64,000 bases of DNA, taken from the NCBI GenBank assembly GCA_963813715.1, contig CAWFAK010000017.1, positions 110,230 to 174,229 on the forward strand, read 5' to 3'. Each line of letters opens with the position of its first letter. Position 1 is the stretch's first letter. This DNA is from an uncultured Planctomycetaceae bacterium (GTDB lineage Bacteria > Planctomycetota > Planctomycetia > Planctomycetales > Planctomycetaceae). The translations under genes were made by a program, and so were the position numbers. The notes beneath the pieces are model-generated. The model did not search any database and was not told the DNA's origin. It saw only the letters and a list, made by a program, of their open reading frames with translations. This document shows, piece by piece, positions 19,610 to 30,730 of the stretch.

Positions 19610-22070
19610 CTACTTACCGGGTTCTAAGGTCAACACTCCGACGTCGACCGGCCGCGCCGACAACTTCTCGTTCACGGCCATTACGGTAAAACGGTGTGGA
19701 TTGAATTGAGATCGAACAGGCTTGAGAAACTGAAGGCTGAGCGAATACTCGCCCGGCGGGACGTCGTCGATGCAGAAGTTGCCTTCGGGATCGACCGTTG
19801 CTTGGAAGTCCCGACCATTTCCTGTGGCTTGGACCAGAACGAAGTTCCAGCCAATCGTCGGCTTTTCACCGTTTGCCGCTCGCAGCTGTCCGGTCACGGG
19901 CCGCCCCGAGACTCCAAGATCGATGTGCGTGGTCTGGCCCGCGATGAACTTGACCGGCACCATCGTGCTCGACGTCGTCTCGCTCGTTCCCGTGTCCACC
20001 ATGATCAGGATGTACCGGCCGATCGATCCCTGGCCTGGAATCACGTGCTCGAAGGCGAAATGTCCGTTGGCGTCGGTTGTCTGGTTGTAGTCGAGGTAGA
20101 TCGATGCGCCGTTTTGAGCGCGGAGTTGGGCGTTGGCCTGGTGATCGATCGAGATCTTGGCATTGGCCTGCGGTTTTCGCGCGACTCGATAGCTCCCTTC
20201 AACTCGGGCCCAGCGTGTCAGGGGGAGCGTCTTGGGGACCGACTTCAGTGAACACCACTGCTGGGCGTAACCCGACGGATGAATGGCCACCAGCCAGAAC
20301 TCCGACGTTTGCGGGCCGAAGTGAACGCGGCCGGCCTCGTCAGCGTCCTGGCTGGGGCAGTTCACCTGGCCCGGGGCAAAGTCGCCATTTTCGAGCATGA
20401 CGTGCGCGCCGGCGTTGAGGAGCGCCACTTTCGCCCGCGAGGCGGGCGCTCCAGCGGCCGTCACCACGGTCGTGACGATGTCGTGGCCTTTTTCCAGCGC
20501 CAGATCGATCGTGACATTCCCCTCGTCGCTTTTGATCTGGCGTGAGACGCCCGGCAAATGGCCGTCCGCTTCGACCCGCACCTGGTAGGCGTGCTGCTCG
20601 CGGTTCTCGCGAAATTGGTAGTGGCCGTCGATCGCGTTAAAAGCGTGGTCGGTGTTCCAAAAGACATTTGCATTCGACCATTGGATGCCCGGAATGACGC
20701 GAAACGACTTGATCGGCTGTTTCGTTTCGGCGTCGATCACTTTTCCCGAAATCACGAGAGCCGGCGGCACGCGGAACACCTGTTCTTTCTCGCCAGGGAC
20801 AAGCGTCCGATTGCCGAGTTGCATGCCATCCGGGCGGCAGATGTCGGCTTGGATGGGGTCTACGGGCGCGCTCCTTCCATTCCCACAGTCCTTGCTCGTC
20901 CGTGAGCCGCGGCACGTTCTCGAACTCGAAGTACTGGATGCGACCATGCCATTGTTGAAAAAAAATCGTCGCCTTGGGGATCGGCTTGCCGTGTTCGTCG
21001 AGAACGCGGACGCGTAGCGTTGCGGCGGGCTGCATTTGAAAGTCGACGGGCGTATTGCGCGGACCGAGTTGCACCTCTTCTAGCGCTCGAGCGTGCCCCT
21101 TCGCCGCCACGACAATTCGGACCGGTCCTGGCTCGCAACCCTCCAGCCGATACACACCCGTCGCATCGGTGACGGCCGAGTGCTCGTTGTTGCCGTATTT
21201 GGTCCAGACGTTGGCTTTGGCGATCGGTCTCCCGATTTCGTCGGTGACCCGACCCGTGATGATCAGGCCGCGATTCAGAAGAATTTTGGCGGTAGGCCGG
21301 TGTCCCCGCTCGACCTGGAAAAGTGCGCGCGACAGGGTCAGCCGCTGCGCCATGAAGGTGGGATCGTAGATTTCGACGGGTACGGCATTGAGAGAGCTGG
21401 GGACGCTCTCGAAGGTCCACTCCCCTTTGTTGTTGGTCCGCACTCGGTCGCCGGTCCCCATTTGCCTCGAATCGCCGGGGCGTTTGGTGAATTCGATCCG
21501 GAGTCCCACGCGCGCGTTGGGAATGGGTTTGCCGTCGCTGTCGACGACAACGCCCCCCACCGTCCACGCGGGTTCCAGCTTGATCGTGAGCGAGGCGGGG
21601 ATCGGCTCGGAATTCGAGGTGAGAGACCATCCAGCCCAGTACGGGGCGTAGCCAGGAATCGTGACGTAGAGATCGAAACGTTTCGGTTCGGCCGGCCGCT
21701 CGAAGGAAAGCCGGCCATCGGCATCCGCCGTGGCAGTCGCGGCGTAGCGCATTCGGCGGAGGAATTTTCCGCGGTGGATTTGTTTGGCCTGGATAACCGG
21801 CGTCGTCCGCAGTTCGATTTTGGCCTCGGGCACCGACTTCCCGTCGGGCCCGACGATCCGCAAGTCGAACACGGGCGTCGCCGATTCGGGCGCGCTGGCA
21901 GGCTTGGATTTGACCCCTGCCGCATTTGGTTTGCCATCGTCGGCTTGCACCGCAGGCAGTGCCAGGACTGTGAGGAGTATCGCGGCGCAGGCGACGACAC
22001 TACCTCTCGGATTGACCGCTTGCCGTGACGCAGCCGGTCGCGGCTGATGCTTGTTGAATTTATGGTTCAT
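19610..22070 (-). CDS. array paralog 6 (long form, subfamily B), frameshift at about 20868 as assembled
   Basis: ORFs 20637-22100 and 19610-20947 join as ...EQGLWEWKE / APVDPIQADICRPDGMQL. Anchor VVACAAILLTVLALPAVQADDGKP. GGAG lies 6 nt before the ATG at 22070. C-terminus EKLSARPVDVGVLTLE. Confidence 0.7.
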
Positions 22071-22093
22071 GGACAACTCCAATCCGCGCGCTC

Positions 22094-23154
22094 TTACCAT
22101 CGGCCGCCGACATTGAGTTGGAGCACGCCTAAGTCCACCGGCCTTTGCGACAGCTTTTCGTTAATCGTGGGCACCTCGAACGGATGATTCAGGATGTATT
22201 GTCGGCCTTTGTAGAAAAACACACTCAGAACGTGCTTGCCGGTGGGAACGTCATCAACGCAGAAGTTGCCGGCCGGATCTAAGGTCGCCGAAAAGTTGAG
22301 GTCTAGGGCGCCGGCCAGGGGGTGATCGGACGAGACTGCGACGAACGCGAATTTCCACGGAACTTCGTTCGTCGCACCCGTGGGACGCCGAAGCTGACCG
22401 ATGACCGGCCGGCCTGTGGTGCCGAGGTCGACCTGCCTCGTTTGACCGGCCGTAAGACTGATTGGCACAAAACCTCCAGAAGCGATTTCACTCGCGCCGT
22501 CGGTCGCCGAAAACGCGAGCGTGTGGCCAATCCGCAGCGCGCCTGGGACGACGCGTTCGAACACGAATCGCCCGTTCGTGTCGGTCCTCTGCTCTGATCG
22601 GAAGAAGGCTCGCGGCGGGGCGTTGAACGCGCCGAACACGGAGTTGGGATAAATCTCGATTTTGACATGGGGTCGCGGCTTCGCGCGACTCGGTATGTTC
22701 CTTCAACCCGCGCCCATGAGGTGAGTCGAATCGGCTGGGGAATGGAGACGGGGGAACATTTGACCTCTGCGAAGCCAGAGGAGTGCGTGACCACGAGAAG
22801 GCTGTTGCCGGTCACTAGCGGAAAATCAAAGCGGCCAGCGGCATCCGCCTGGCGTCGCTCGATCCCCGTCAATTCGAAAATGTCGTCGCCATTGAGAATG
22901 TTGAGTTGCGCTCCTTGGATGGCCAGCGCAACTTTGGCCCGACCAGCCGGGTTGCCGTCCGGGGTGAGTATTGTCGTGCCGCTCGCGGCGCTCTTGGAAG
23001 GACCGTTCTTCGGCGAGTTGGCAGGCGGATCTGCGTCGGCGTGCGGAGACGCCAGCGCGACGACACCGAAGAGTAACGCTGCCCTCGCGCTGCGCTGCGT
23101 CGCCGCGATCTGTCGCCACATGCCGGTAGGCAACCTTTTCTCCGAGAAGCTCAT
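22094..23154 (-). CDS. array paralog 5 (short form, about 350 aa), frameshift at about 22683 as assembled
   Basis: ORFs 22303-23154 and 22094-22639 join as ...VEGTYRVAR / KPRPHVKIEIYPNSVFGAFN. Signal-like ALLFGVVALASPHADA. C-terminus EKLSQRPVDLGVLQLN. The start overlaps the upstream stop (TAATG). Confidence 0.7.
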
Positions 23155-25766
23155 TATCGAGCGGCTCTCACTCGCGCGGCTCGGGCTGCTTCAGGGCTCG
23201 ACATCGTGAGCACACCCAGATCGACGGGCCGCTGCCACAACTTCCCCTTGGCTTTCGGCACGACGAAACGGTGCTGCTGCATTTGAAGATTCTGCCCCTG
23301 AGCGTTGGGGATGTAGGCGTTCAACCAGTAATTGCCTGGCGGAATGTCGTCGATGGCAAAGTTTCCGTCACGGTCGGTCGTCGCATTGAACTGCAGCTCC
23401 GACTCGCCCCACATCTGGCCACCCTCCTGGCTGACCCAGATCTGAGCCGAACCCAATTGGTCGGCCTTAGCCTCCGGCGGCTTGCGCAATTGCCCGATGA
23501 CCGGACGTCCCTCGGCTCCCAAGTTGACGTGCGTGGTCTCGCCGGGGGGACAGGTCGCGGTCATCGTCATGCTCGACGTCATCTGGCCGTCGCCCGAGCC
23601 GTTCGGCCGCGCCCAACTGATCTGCTGTCGGCCCGGCACGACCCGATCGAAGACGAACCGGCCCTGCGCATCGGTTGCTCGCAGCGATTGCGCCATGATT
23701 TGCGGAGAATTCTGGCCGAAAAAATATTGGGCTCTAGAACCAGAGATCCAAGTGTTTGCCTTGGGCTGTCGAGCGACTTGAAACGTTCCCTCGATCCGCG
23801 CCCACGCCTTGAGCTTGACGATTCGCGGATTGGAACTGGGCATGCCCGGTAGCTCGGCGTAGCCAGTGGGGTGCGTGACCACGATCCAGCAGTTCGTGTT
23901 CTTCGCCTCCGCACGAAGCTTGCCGTCCTTGTCGGTTTCGTGCACGGCGGTCAGCCGTCGGCGCGGCTGGCGAAATTGACGGATCAGTCCGACGATAAGT
24001 CCCCCCATGTTACCGTTGCCGCCGCCCTGCTCCTGCAGTTCACCCCCAGAGACCACCACTTGCTCCCCGGGGCCGGGGATCGCGACTTTCGCTCGCGCGG
24101 CCGGGGCTCCGTCGGGCGTCAAGAACCGTTACCGCGACGGTTTTCCCTTTGAGCAGCTCGAAATCGATCGTGACCTTCGCCTCGTCACTTTTGATCTCGC
24201 GAGATACGGCCGGCATGTATCCGTCCGCTTCAACGCGCACCAGATTCGCGCCCGTATCGTCCGTCTTTTTTATTTCGTAGGTGCTTCCGGTTGACGGCTT
24301 GCCGTTCTGATCCTCCCAGACGACCTGCTGCCCCATCCAGACGTATCCGGACGTCAGCCGAAAACCTTTGATCGGCTGATGCGTTTCGGCGTCGACCACC
24401 TTGCCCGAGATGACGAGTGCCTTGGGGACGCGGAACACGTACTCTTCCTTGCGCGGCGAGAGGGCTCGATTGCTCAGGGTCATCCCGTTGGGACGACCGA
24501 TGTTGGCCAGAACTTCTTCCGGGGGCGCCTCCTTCCATTCCCAGAGACCGTCGACGTCCGTCTGCCGCGGGGCATTGTCGACCTCGAAGAAATCGAACCC
24601 TGGCCGCCACTGCTGGAAATAGACTGTGGCTTTCGGAACCGGGTGCCCCTCTTCGTCGAGGACCCGCACGCGGATCGTGTTGCCCGGTTTCAGCCGAAAG
24701 TCAATTGGGCCCAGCCCCGGGCCGATTTCGATTTCTTGCAAGGCGGGGGCGCCGCCCCTTCGCCGATGCCACGATCCGCGCTGCCAGGCCCGCAGCCCTC
24801 CAGGCGGTAGACCCCCTTTTTGTCGGTGAAAGCGCTGCGGGTGTCGTTGTTAGCCCTCGTCCGCACGAGCGCTTTGGCGATTGGCTTCCCGCCGTCATCG
24901 GTAACCGTGCCGGTGACGGAGAAGCCGCCCTTGAGGGTGATTTTTGCCGTCGGATCATGCCCGGGATTAACCGCGAATTCCGCGCGGTCGAGCGTCGGGT
25001 TTTCCGGCACGAATTTCGGGTCGTTGATCTGGGCGGTGACGGCGTTCATCGATTCGGGCACGCTCTCGAACTTCCAGATGCCCTTGCCGTTGGACCAGAT
25101 GCGGTCCGAGAAGGTGATTTGTCCGCCGGTCATTTGAAGCTGAAGGATAATCCGCACGTTCGGGATGGGTTTTCCGTCGTTGTCGACGATGATGCCGCCG
25201 ATCGTCCAGGCCCGCTGCAATCGGGCCGTCCGTGGAGCGAGCACGGCGTCGGCCTTGTTCTGGAAATTGACCCAGTTCAGGTAGTAGCCATAACCGGGCT
25301 TACGAATTTGATAGTTGAGATAGTCCAAATGAGCCGGCCGCTCGAAGGCCACGCGCCCGTCCGCATCCGACTTCACCACCAGGCTGTTGCGCAATTTCGT
25401 GACTAACGTCCCCGCGCGGAGCCGGACGTCCTTGGGCCGCGGGTTTATGAACAGACTGACCCTGGCATCCGGAACCGGCTTGTCATCGGGCCCAACGATC
25501 CGCAGCTCGAACGCCGGCGCTCGAGGCGCGGGCGCGGTGGTTGCCTGCGGAGCGGGTGCCTGGGGAGTGGGAGCCGGCGCGATCGTCTTGTGGTCGTCGG
25601 CTTTGGCTTTGCTCGCGGCGCCTGGGCCGTCATCGCCCGCGGCCAGGACGGGCATCGGCCGTCCGTCCGACCCAAGCAGCGCGCCGAGCGCGAGCAGGAG
25701 CGTGACGACTCTCCAGCACTTCGATCGCACTCGCCCGCCCGGAGTCGTGATCGGTCGATGAGTCAT
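23154..25766 (-). CDS. array paralog 4 (long form, subfamily C), three frameshifts (about 24123, 24745, 24765) as assembled
   Basis: ORFs 24690-25766, 24040-24741 and 23154-24122 read through: ...YRLEGCGPGS / ARIVASAKG / APALQEIEIGPG... and ...KTVAVTVL / TPDGAPAARAKV. C-terminus GKLWQRPVDLGVLTM. Confidence 0.7.
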
Positions 25767-25778
25767 GGCATCCTCTGC

Positions 25779-28252
25779 TTACGGGTTGCGAGCGGGCACG
25801 GCCTTGGGCTCGTTCAGGTTGAGCACGCCCAGGTCGATCGGGCGTGTGCAAGCTTCTCATCAATCTTTGGGACTTCCACGCGGCGGTTGAACCGGATTCC
25901 ATTGTCGTTCGTAAAACGCACGCTCAGCGAGTAAAAGCCCGCCGGCACGTCGTCGATGCAGAAGTTCCCGTGAGGATCCGCCGTGGCGGCGAAGTGCAGG
26001 CCGTTGCCATCGACCTCGATGAGCGCGAAACTCCAGTGGACTTCTTCCTTCGACTCCGCCGGCGTCTGCAGTTGCCCGACCACCGGCCGACCGGAGGTTC
26101 CCAGGTCGACGTGCGTCGTGGTGCCCGCTGTCAGCTTGATCGGGACCATCGCGGACGAAGTCATCGCGTTCGACCCGGTGAAGGCCATGAGTTGAAGATT
26201 CCGGCCGATCAGACCATCACCCGGCGCCACGTGCTCGAACAGGAACCGGCCGCTCGCGGCGGTGGTTTGCCCATAGTTGAAGAGAATGCTGGGTGCATCG
26301 CCTGCCATCACATTGTGCGACCACTGGTTAATCCAGATTGGAACGTTGGCCTGCAGCTTGCGAGCGACGCGAAACGTCCCTTCGACGCGGGCCCACGCGG
26401 TCAAGCGAATCTCCTTCGGCAGGTGCGCAGCCTGGCACTTCAGCACGGCGAAACCGGCCGGATGCGTGACGACGAGCCAGAAATCCTTGACTTGCGGTGT
26501 GAAGTGAAAGCGCCCCTGCGGATCGGCCATCTCGCGGAGGGAATAAGTTTGGTTCTCGTCGATGTGGCCGTTGGTGACCATGATCTGCGCACCGTGGACG
26601 CCCAGGGCGAGTTTGGCACCGGCGGCCGGTGCGCCGTCGGGACTGTCGACCGTCCCGACGAAGTCTTCCCCGCGCTTCATGTCGAAATCGACGGTGACGT
26701 TCCCTGAGTCAGTCGGAATGTCGCGGGAATCGGCGGGGAAGTAGCCGTCCGCTTCGATCCGCACGCCGAACAATCCCTGCGCATACGTTTCTCGGAGGCG
26801 GTATTGGCCGTCGGCCGCAGTAAAGCCCTCGAACGTGTTCCGAGAGGTCCGGTCTCCTGGGACGACGTGAAACGTTTTGAGTGGTTGCTTCGTTTTCGCG
26901 TCGACAACTTTGCCTGAGATCACGAGCGCCGGAGGCACACGAAATGTGTACTCCTCCTTCCCATCGCCCAACGGCTGATAGCTCAGCTGCATGCCGCCGG
27001 GGCGACAGATATCGGCGGCAAACGTGTCGACCGGCGCTTCGTGCCATTCCCACACGCCGTCTTTGTTCGCGTATTGAGTCACCGAGTCGAACTCGAAGTA
27101 TTGAATCGGTCCCCGCCATCTTTGGAAGAAGATGCGTGCGCGGGGGAGCGGATGCCCCTTCTCGTCCAGCACGCGCACGCGGACGGTCCGGCCGGGCTGC
27201 AGGATAAAGTCGACGTTGGTGCCGCGGGCGATCGCTACATGTTTCATTTCGAGTGCGCGGCCTTTGGCGGAGACGACGATGCGGGCCTCGCCCGGCTCCG
27301 CTCCGGTGACCCGGTATGTGCCGTCGGCACTCGTGACGTCTTTGCGGACGTTGTTGCCGAACTTCGTCCTTACGACGGCGCCCGCGATCGGCTTGCCGGT
27401 CTCGTCGGTCACTCTGCCCGTGACGATCAGCCCCGCTTGCAGGGTCACTCGGGCGGCTGGCTTGTCACCCCGCTTGATGCCGAACTTGGTGCGCGGCAAA
27501 TTCGTCCGCAGGGTCATGAAGTCGTGCTTGCTGATTTCGACCTGGACCGCCTGCACCGAATCGGGGGCGCAGTCGAAGCTCCAGCGGCCGTTGGAATCGG
27601 TGCGGAGGTGAGTGCCAGTCACGAGCTGTCGCGTTTTGCCCGGACCTTTCGCGTATTCAATGACGGGCCAAATCTCCGCCCCGACGATCGGTTGCCCGTC
27701 GCCATCGACGACAACGCTGCCGACCGTCCACGCGCTCTGGAGCTTGATGGTCAACGCCGCCGGAATTGGCTCGGAGTTGACATCCGGAACCCAACCGGTC
27801 CAGTAAGGCGCGTACCCGGGCATTTCCAACAGGAAGTCCAAGTACTTCAATCCGGCCGGCCGAGTGAACACCAGCCGCCCATCCGCATCGGCCGTGATGC
27901 CCACTCCATAAGTCGCTCGCCGCTGGTATTTGCCGACGCGCACCTGGTCCCCTTGAAGCCGGGGCGTGCTCCGTACGTCGACCTTCGCGTGAGGAACGGG
28001 CTTCCCATCCGGCCCGACGACGTGCACCTCGAAGGTCTTTGAATCAGCAGCGGGCGCGGTGTTTTGGGCCGCGGGCGGCGCCGCCGTTGAAGCCGTCGAC
28101 TTATTCTCAGGCTTGCCATCGTCGGCGTGTAGGAGTGACATCCCCAACAACGCCAAAAGGAGGCTCGCGCAAACTGAGCGATAAGGTCGTTCAATTAACC
28201 CGGAGTTCGACCGCTTCGACACTCGTTGGCGCCCAATTTTGTTGTCGTCCAT
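25779..28252 (-). CDS. array paralog 3 (long form, subfamily B), frameshift at about 25842 just before the C-terminal motif
   Basis: The 812-aa ORF ends ...PKIDEKLAHARSTWACST. Shifting one nt gives KLAH(R)PIDLGVLNLNEPKAVPARNP with TAA at 25779-25781, restoring the family motif. Confidence 0.75.
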
Positions 28253-28264
28253 GGCACCCTCACT

Positions 28265-30718
28265 TTAACGCGAGTCGCCGGTTTTCAGTGTCAGCACCCC
28301 CAGGTCGACCGGACGTTGCGACAGCCTTTTGTCGATCTGGGGGACACTGAAGCGGTGCTTGAGTGGGATTCCCTTGAAGGTCTGTACCTGAACGCTCAAT
28401 TCGTAGTCGCCGGACGGAACCGCATCGATGGAAAAATTCCCTTCTGCGTCCAGCGCGGCGACGAAACTCGGCTTCAATTCGGCGAGGCGAGGATCCCGGC
28501 TATCAACTCTCAGGAGAACGCGGTTCCACGGAAATGTCTGCTTCGTCTCAGGTGGCCAGCGGAGCTGGCCGATGACGGGCCGTCCGGAACCTCCCAGGTC
28601 AAAATGCGTGGTTTTGCCAGGCTCGAGTCGGACGGGCATCGAGCCCGTTGAGGCCATTCCGTGGGTCCCGTTCTCGTCGAACAGCTCAATCTGAGGTGCG
28701 ATCGTTCCCTGCCCCGGCAGCAATCGGTCGAAGACGTAGCGCCCGTCGGCATCGGTTGTCTCAGAGAATGACCAGATAATCCGCGGCCTTTTGGGATCGA
28801 ACCGACCCCTCGGGCGTGACAGTGATAACGAGGCCGCCGGTTGCGGTTTTCCCACTACCAGGTACGTTCCCTCCAACCGGGCCCAGGGCGTCAGCTGAAT
28901 GTTGCCGGGATCCGACTGGGGAGAACACTTCGCCTCCGCATAACCGGACGAGTGTGTGATCACGAGCCAATAGTCGGCCTTTTCGCGCGGGAAACGAAAG
29001 TGGCCGGCTTCGTCGGTGATCCTCCGTGCCACTGTTTGGGAATCGCCCTGGTCGCCGTTCTCGATTCTGAATATCGCGCCGGCGGTCAAGAGCGCCATTT
29101 TCGCATTGCGGGCCGGCTTGCCGTCGGCCGTCAGAACGGTGCCGACGATGTCTTCGCCCTTCGTGAGTGCAAAATCGGCTGTCGCATCTCCGTGGTTCTG
29201 CTTGATTGGGTCGGATTCGGCAGGCAAGTAGCCGCCGGCCTCGACGCGCACGCGGAAGGCCGGTTGCCCGTTTGTGTGCCGAAGCCAATAGGTGCCACCG
29301 GTTGCCTCAAAGCCGTCGGCCCAGAGCCATCGCGACGCAGACATGCTTCCTTGGGGCACGACACGAAACCGCTCAATCGGTCGCTTCGTTTGGGCGTCGA
29401 CGACTTTGCCTGAAACGCGCAGGTCGGGCTGTTGTCGCAACACGAACTCCTGTTCGCGGGCTCCCAAATTGTTCCCTCCATTGAGCCAGCTGCCATCGGA
29501 AAGCCTGACCCCCACGACGCAACCGGACGCCGGCGCATCGTTCCATTCCCAAGCGCCGTCGTGATCCGTGAGTTGATTCGTGTCGCTCGTGTCGTAATCG
29601 GCGAAAGGGTACACAAATACCTTCGCACTCGGGATGGGCTTTCCCTGCACGTCGAGCACGCGGAGCCGGAACTTTCCGCCCCTCGTCAACTGAAAATCGA
29701 CGGGCGCGTTTTCGGCCGCCCTGGAAACCGGCTGGGAGGCAGGTGCGAACCCCTTCGCCCGCGCCGTAAACATCACCGGCTCGGGGGGGCAACCAACCAT
29801 CCGGTAAAAACCGTCGGCATCCGTGACGGCCTTAAGGAAAGTATTTCGATAGAAGGTTAGAACGACGGCCCCGACGATGGGCTCGCCCGATTTATTGGTG
29901 ACGCGGCCGGTCACGGTCAGCCCGGGGCCGAGGATGATCTTGCCAGCGGACTTCTTGTTCGTCGCGATGCCGAACTCCGCCGCACTTGAGCCTCGCGCCT
30001 GCGGCATGAAAAGGGGATGGGCGATTTGAACGGTAACTGGATCACTCGAAAGCGGGACGCAGTCAAAGTGCCATTTCCCATCGGCATCGCTCTTTAGCCG
30101 CTCGTCCCGGAGCCATTGCAAGGCTTCCGGGCAGCCGTAGGCGAAATCGACGGGCGGCAAGATCGTCGCGCCGGCGATGGGCTTCCCGTTGACATCGACG
30201 AACGTGCCTCCCATCGACCAACCGGGCTCGAGCTTCACCGTCAACTTCGCTTGGATTGGCTCGGAGCGCAAAGAGGGCGACCAGGATGACCAATAGCGCG
30301 CGTATCCCGGAGCTTCGATATAGAGGGCCAGTCGCTTCCACTCGACCTGCGGCTTCAAAGCAATTCGGCCCTCGCCGTCGGCTTGGAGCGTCGCTCGAGA
30401 GCTCGAACTCCGCACGAGCTTGCCGCGTTGCAGTTGCCCGATCTGAACAAGCGGTTCGCTGAAGACCTCGATCTTGACGTCGGCGACCGGCTTACCGTCA
30501 GGCCCGACGACGTGCAAATCAAAGGGGGCGGTTGCCGACGGGGGCGCAGCAGCGGACTTTGAGTTTGCGGCACCGGGCTGGCCGTCGTCGCCAACCAATA
30601 ATCCGCGCGTCATGAACGTGATGAGCACTCCCAAGCAAACTGCGGCGCGATCCGGATGGTGCGGCCGCGCGCGGCATCGTGTCGTCACATTTCGGCCGCC
30701 GATCTGGTCGTTGCCCAT
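28265..30718 (-). CDS. array paralog 2 (long form, 817 aa, intact; subfamily A)
   Basis: Anchor AAVCLGVLITFMTRGLLVGDDGQPG with the same repeat architecture. C-terminus KRLSQRPVDLGVLTLK. Confidence 0.75.
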   Translation of the reverse strand: MGNDQIGGRNVTTRCRARPHHPDRAAVCLGVLITFMTRGLLVGDDGQPGAANSKSAAAPPSATAPFDLHVVGPDGKPVADVKIEVFSEPLVQIGQLQRGKLVRSSSSRATLQADGEGRIALKPQVEWKRLALYIEAPGYARYWSSWSPSLRSEPIQAKLTVKLEPGWSMGGTFVDVNGKPIAGATILPPVDFAYGCPEALQWLRDERLKSDADGKWHFDCVPLSSDPVTVQIAHPLFMPQARGSSAAEFGIATNKKSAGKIILGPGLTVTGRVTNKSGEPIVGAVVLTFYRNTFLKAVTDADGFYRMVGCPPEPVMFTARAKGFAPASQPVSRAAENAPVDFQLTRGGKFRLRVLDVQGKPIPSAKVFVYPFADYDTSDTNQLTDHDGAWEWNDAPASGCVVGVRLSDGSWLNGGNNLGAREQEFVLRQQPDLRVSGKVVDAQTKRPIERFRVVPQGSMSASRWLWADGFEATGGTYWLRHTNGQPAFRVRVEAGGYLPAESDPIKQNHGDATADFALTKGEDIVGTVLTADGKPARNAKMALLTAGAIFRIENGDQGDSQTVARRITDEAGHFRFPREKADYWLVITHSSGYAEAKCSPQSDPGNIQLTPWARLEGTYLVVGKPQPAASLSLSRPRGRFDPKRPRIIWSFSETTDADGRYVFDRLLPGQGTIAPQIELFDENGTHGMASTGSMPVRLEPGKTTHFDLGGSGRPVIGQLRWPPETKQTFPWNRVLLRVDSRDPRLAELKPSFVAALDAEGNFSIDAVPSGDYELSVQVQTFKGIPLKHRFSVPQIDKRLSQRPVDLGVLTLKTGDSR

Positions 30719-30730
30719 CGGATGCTTCCC

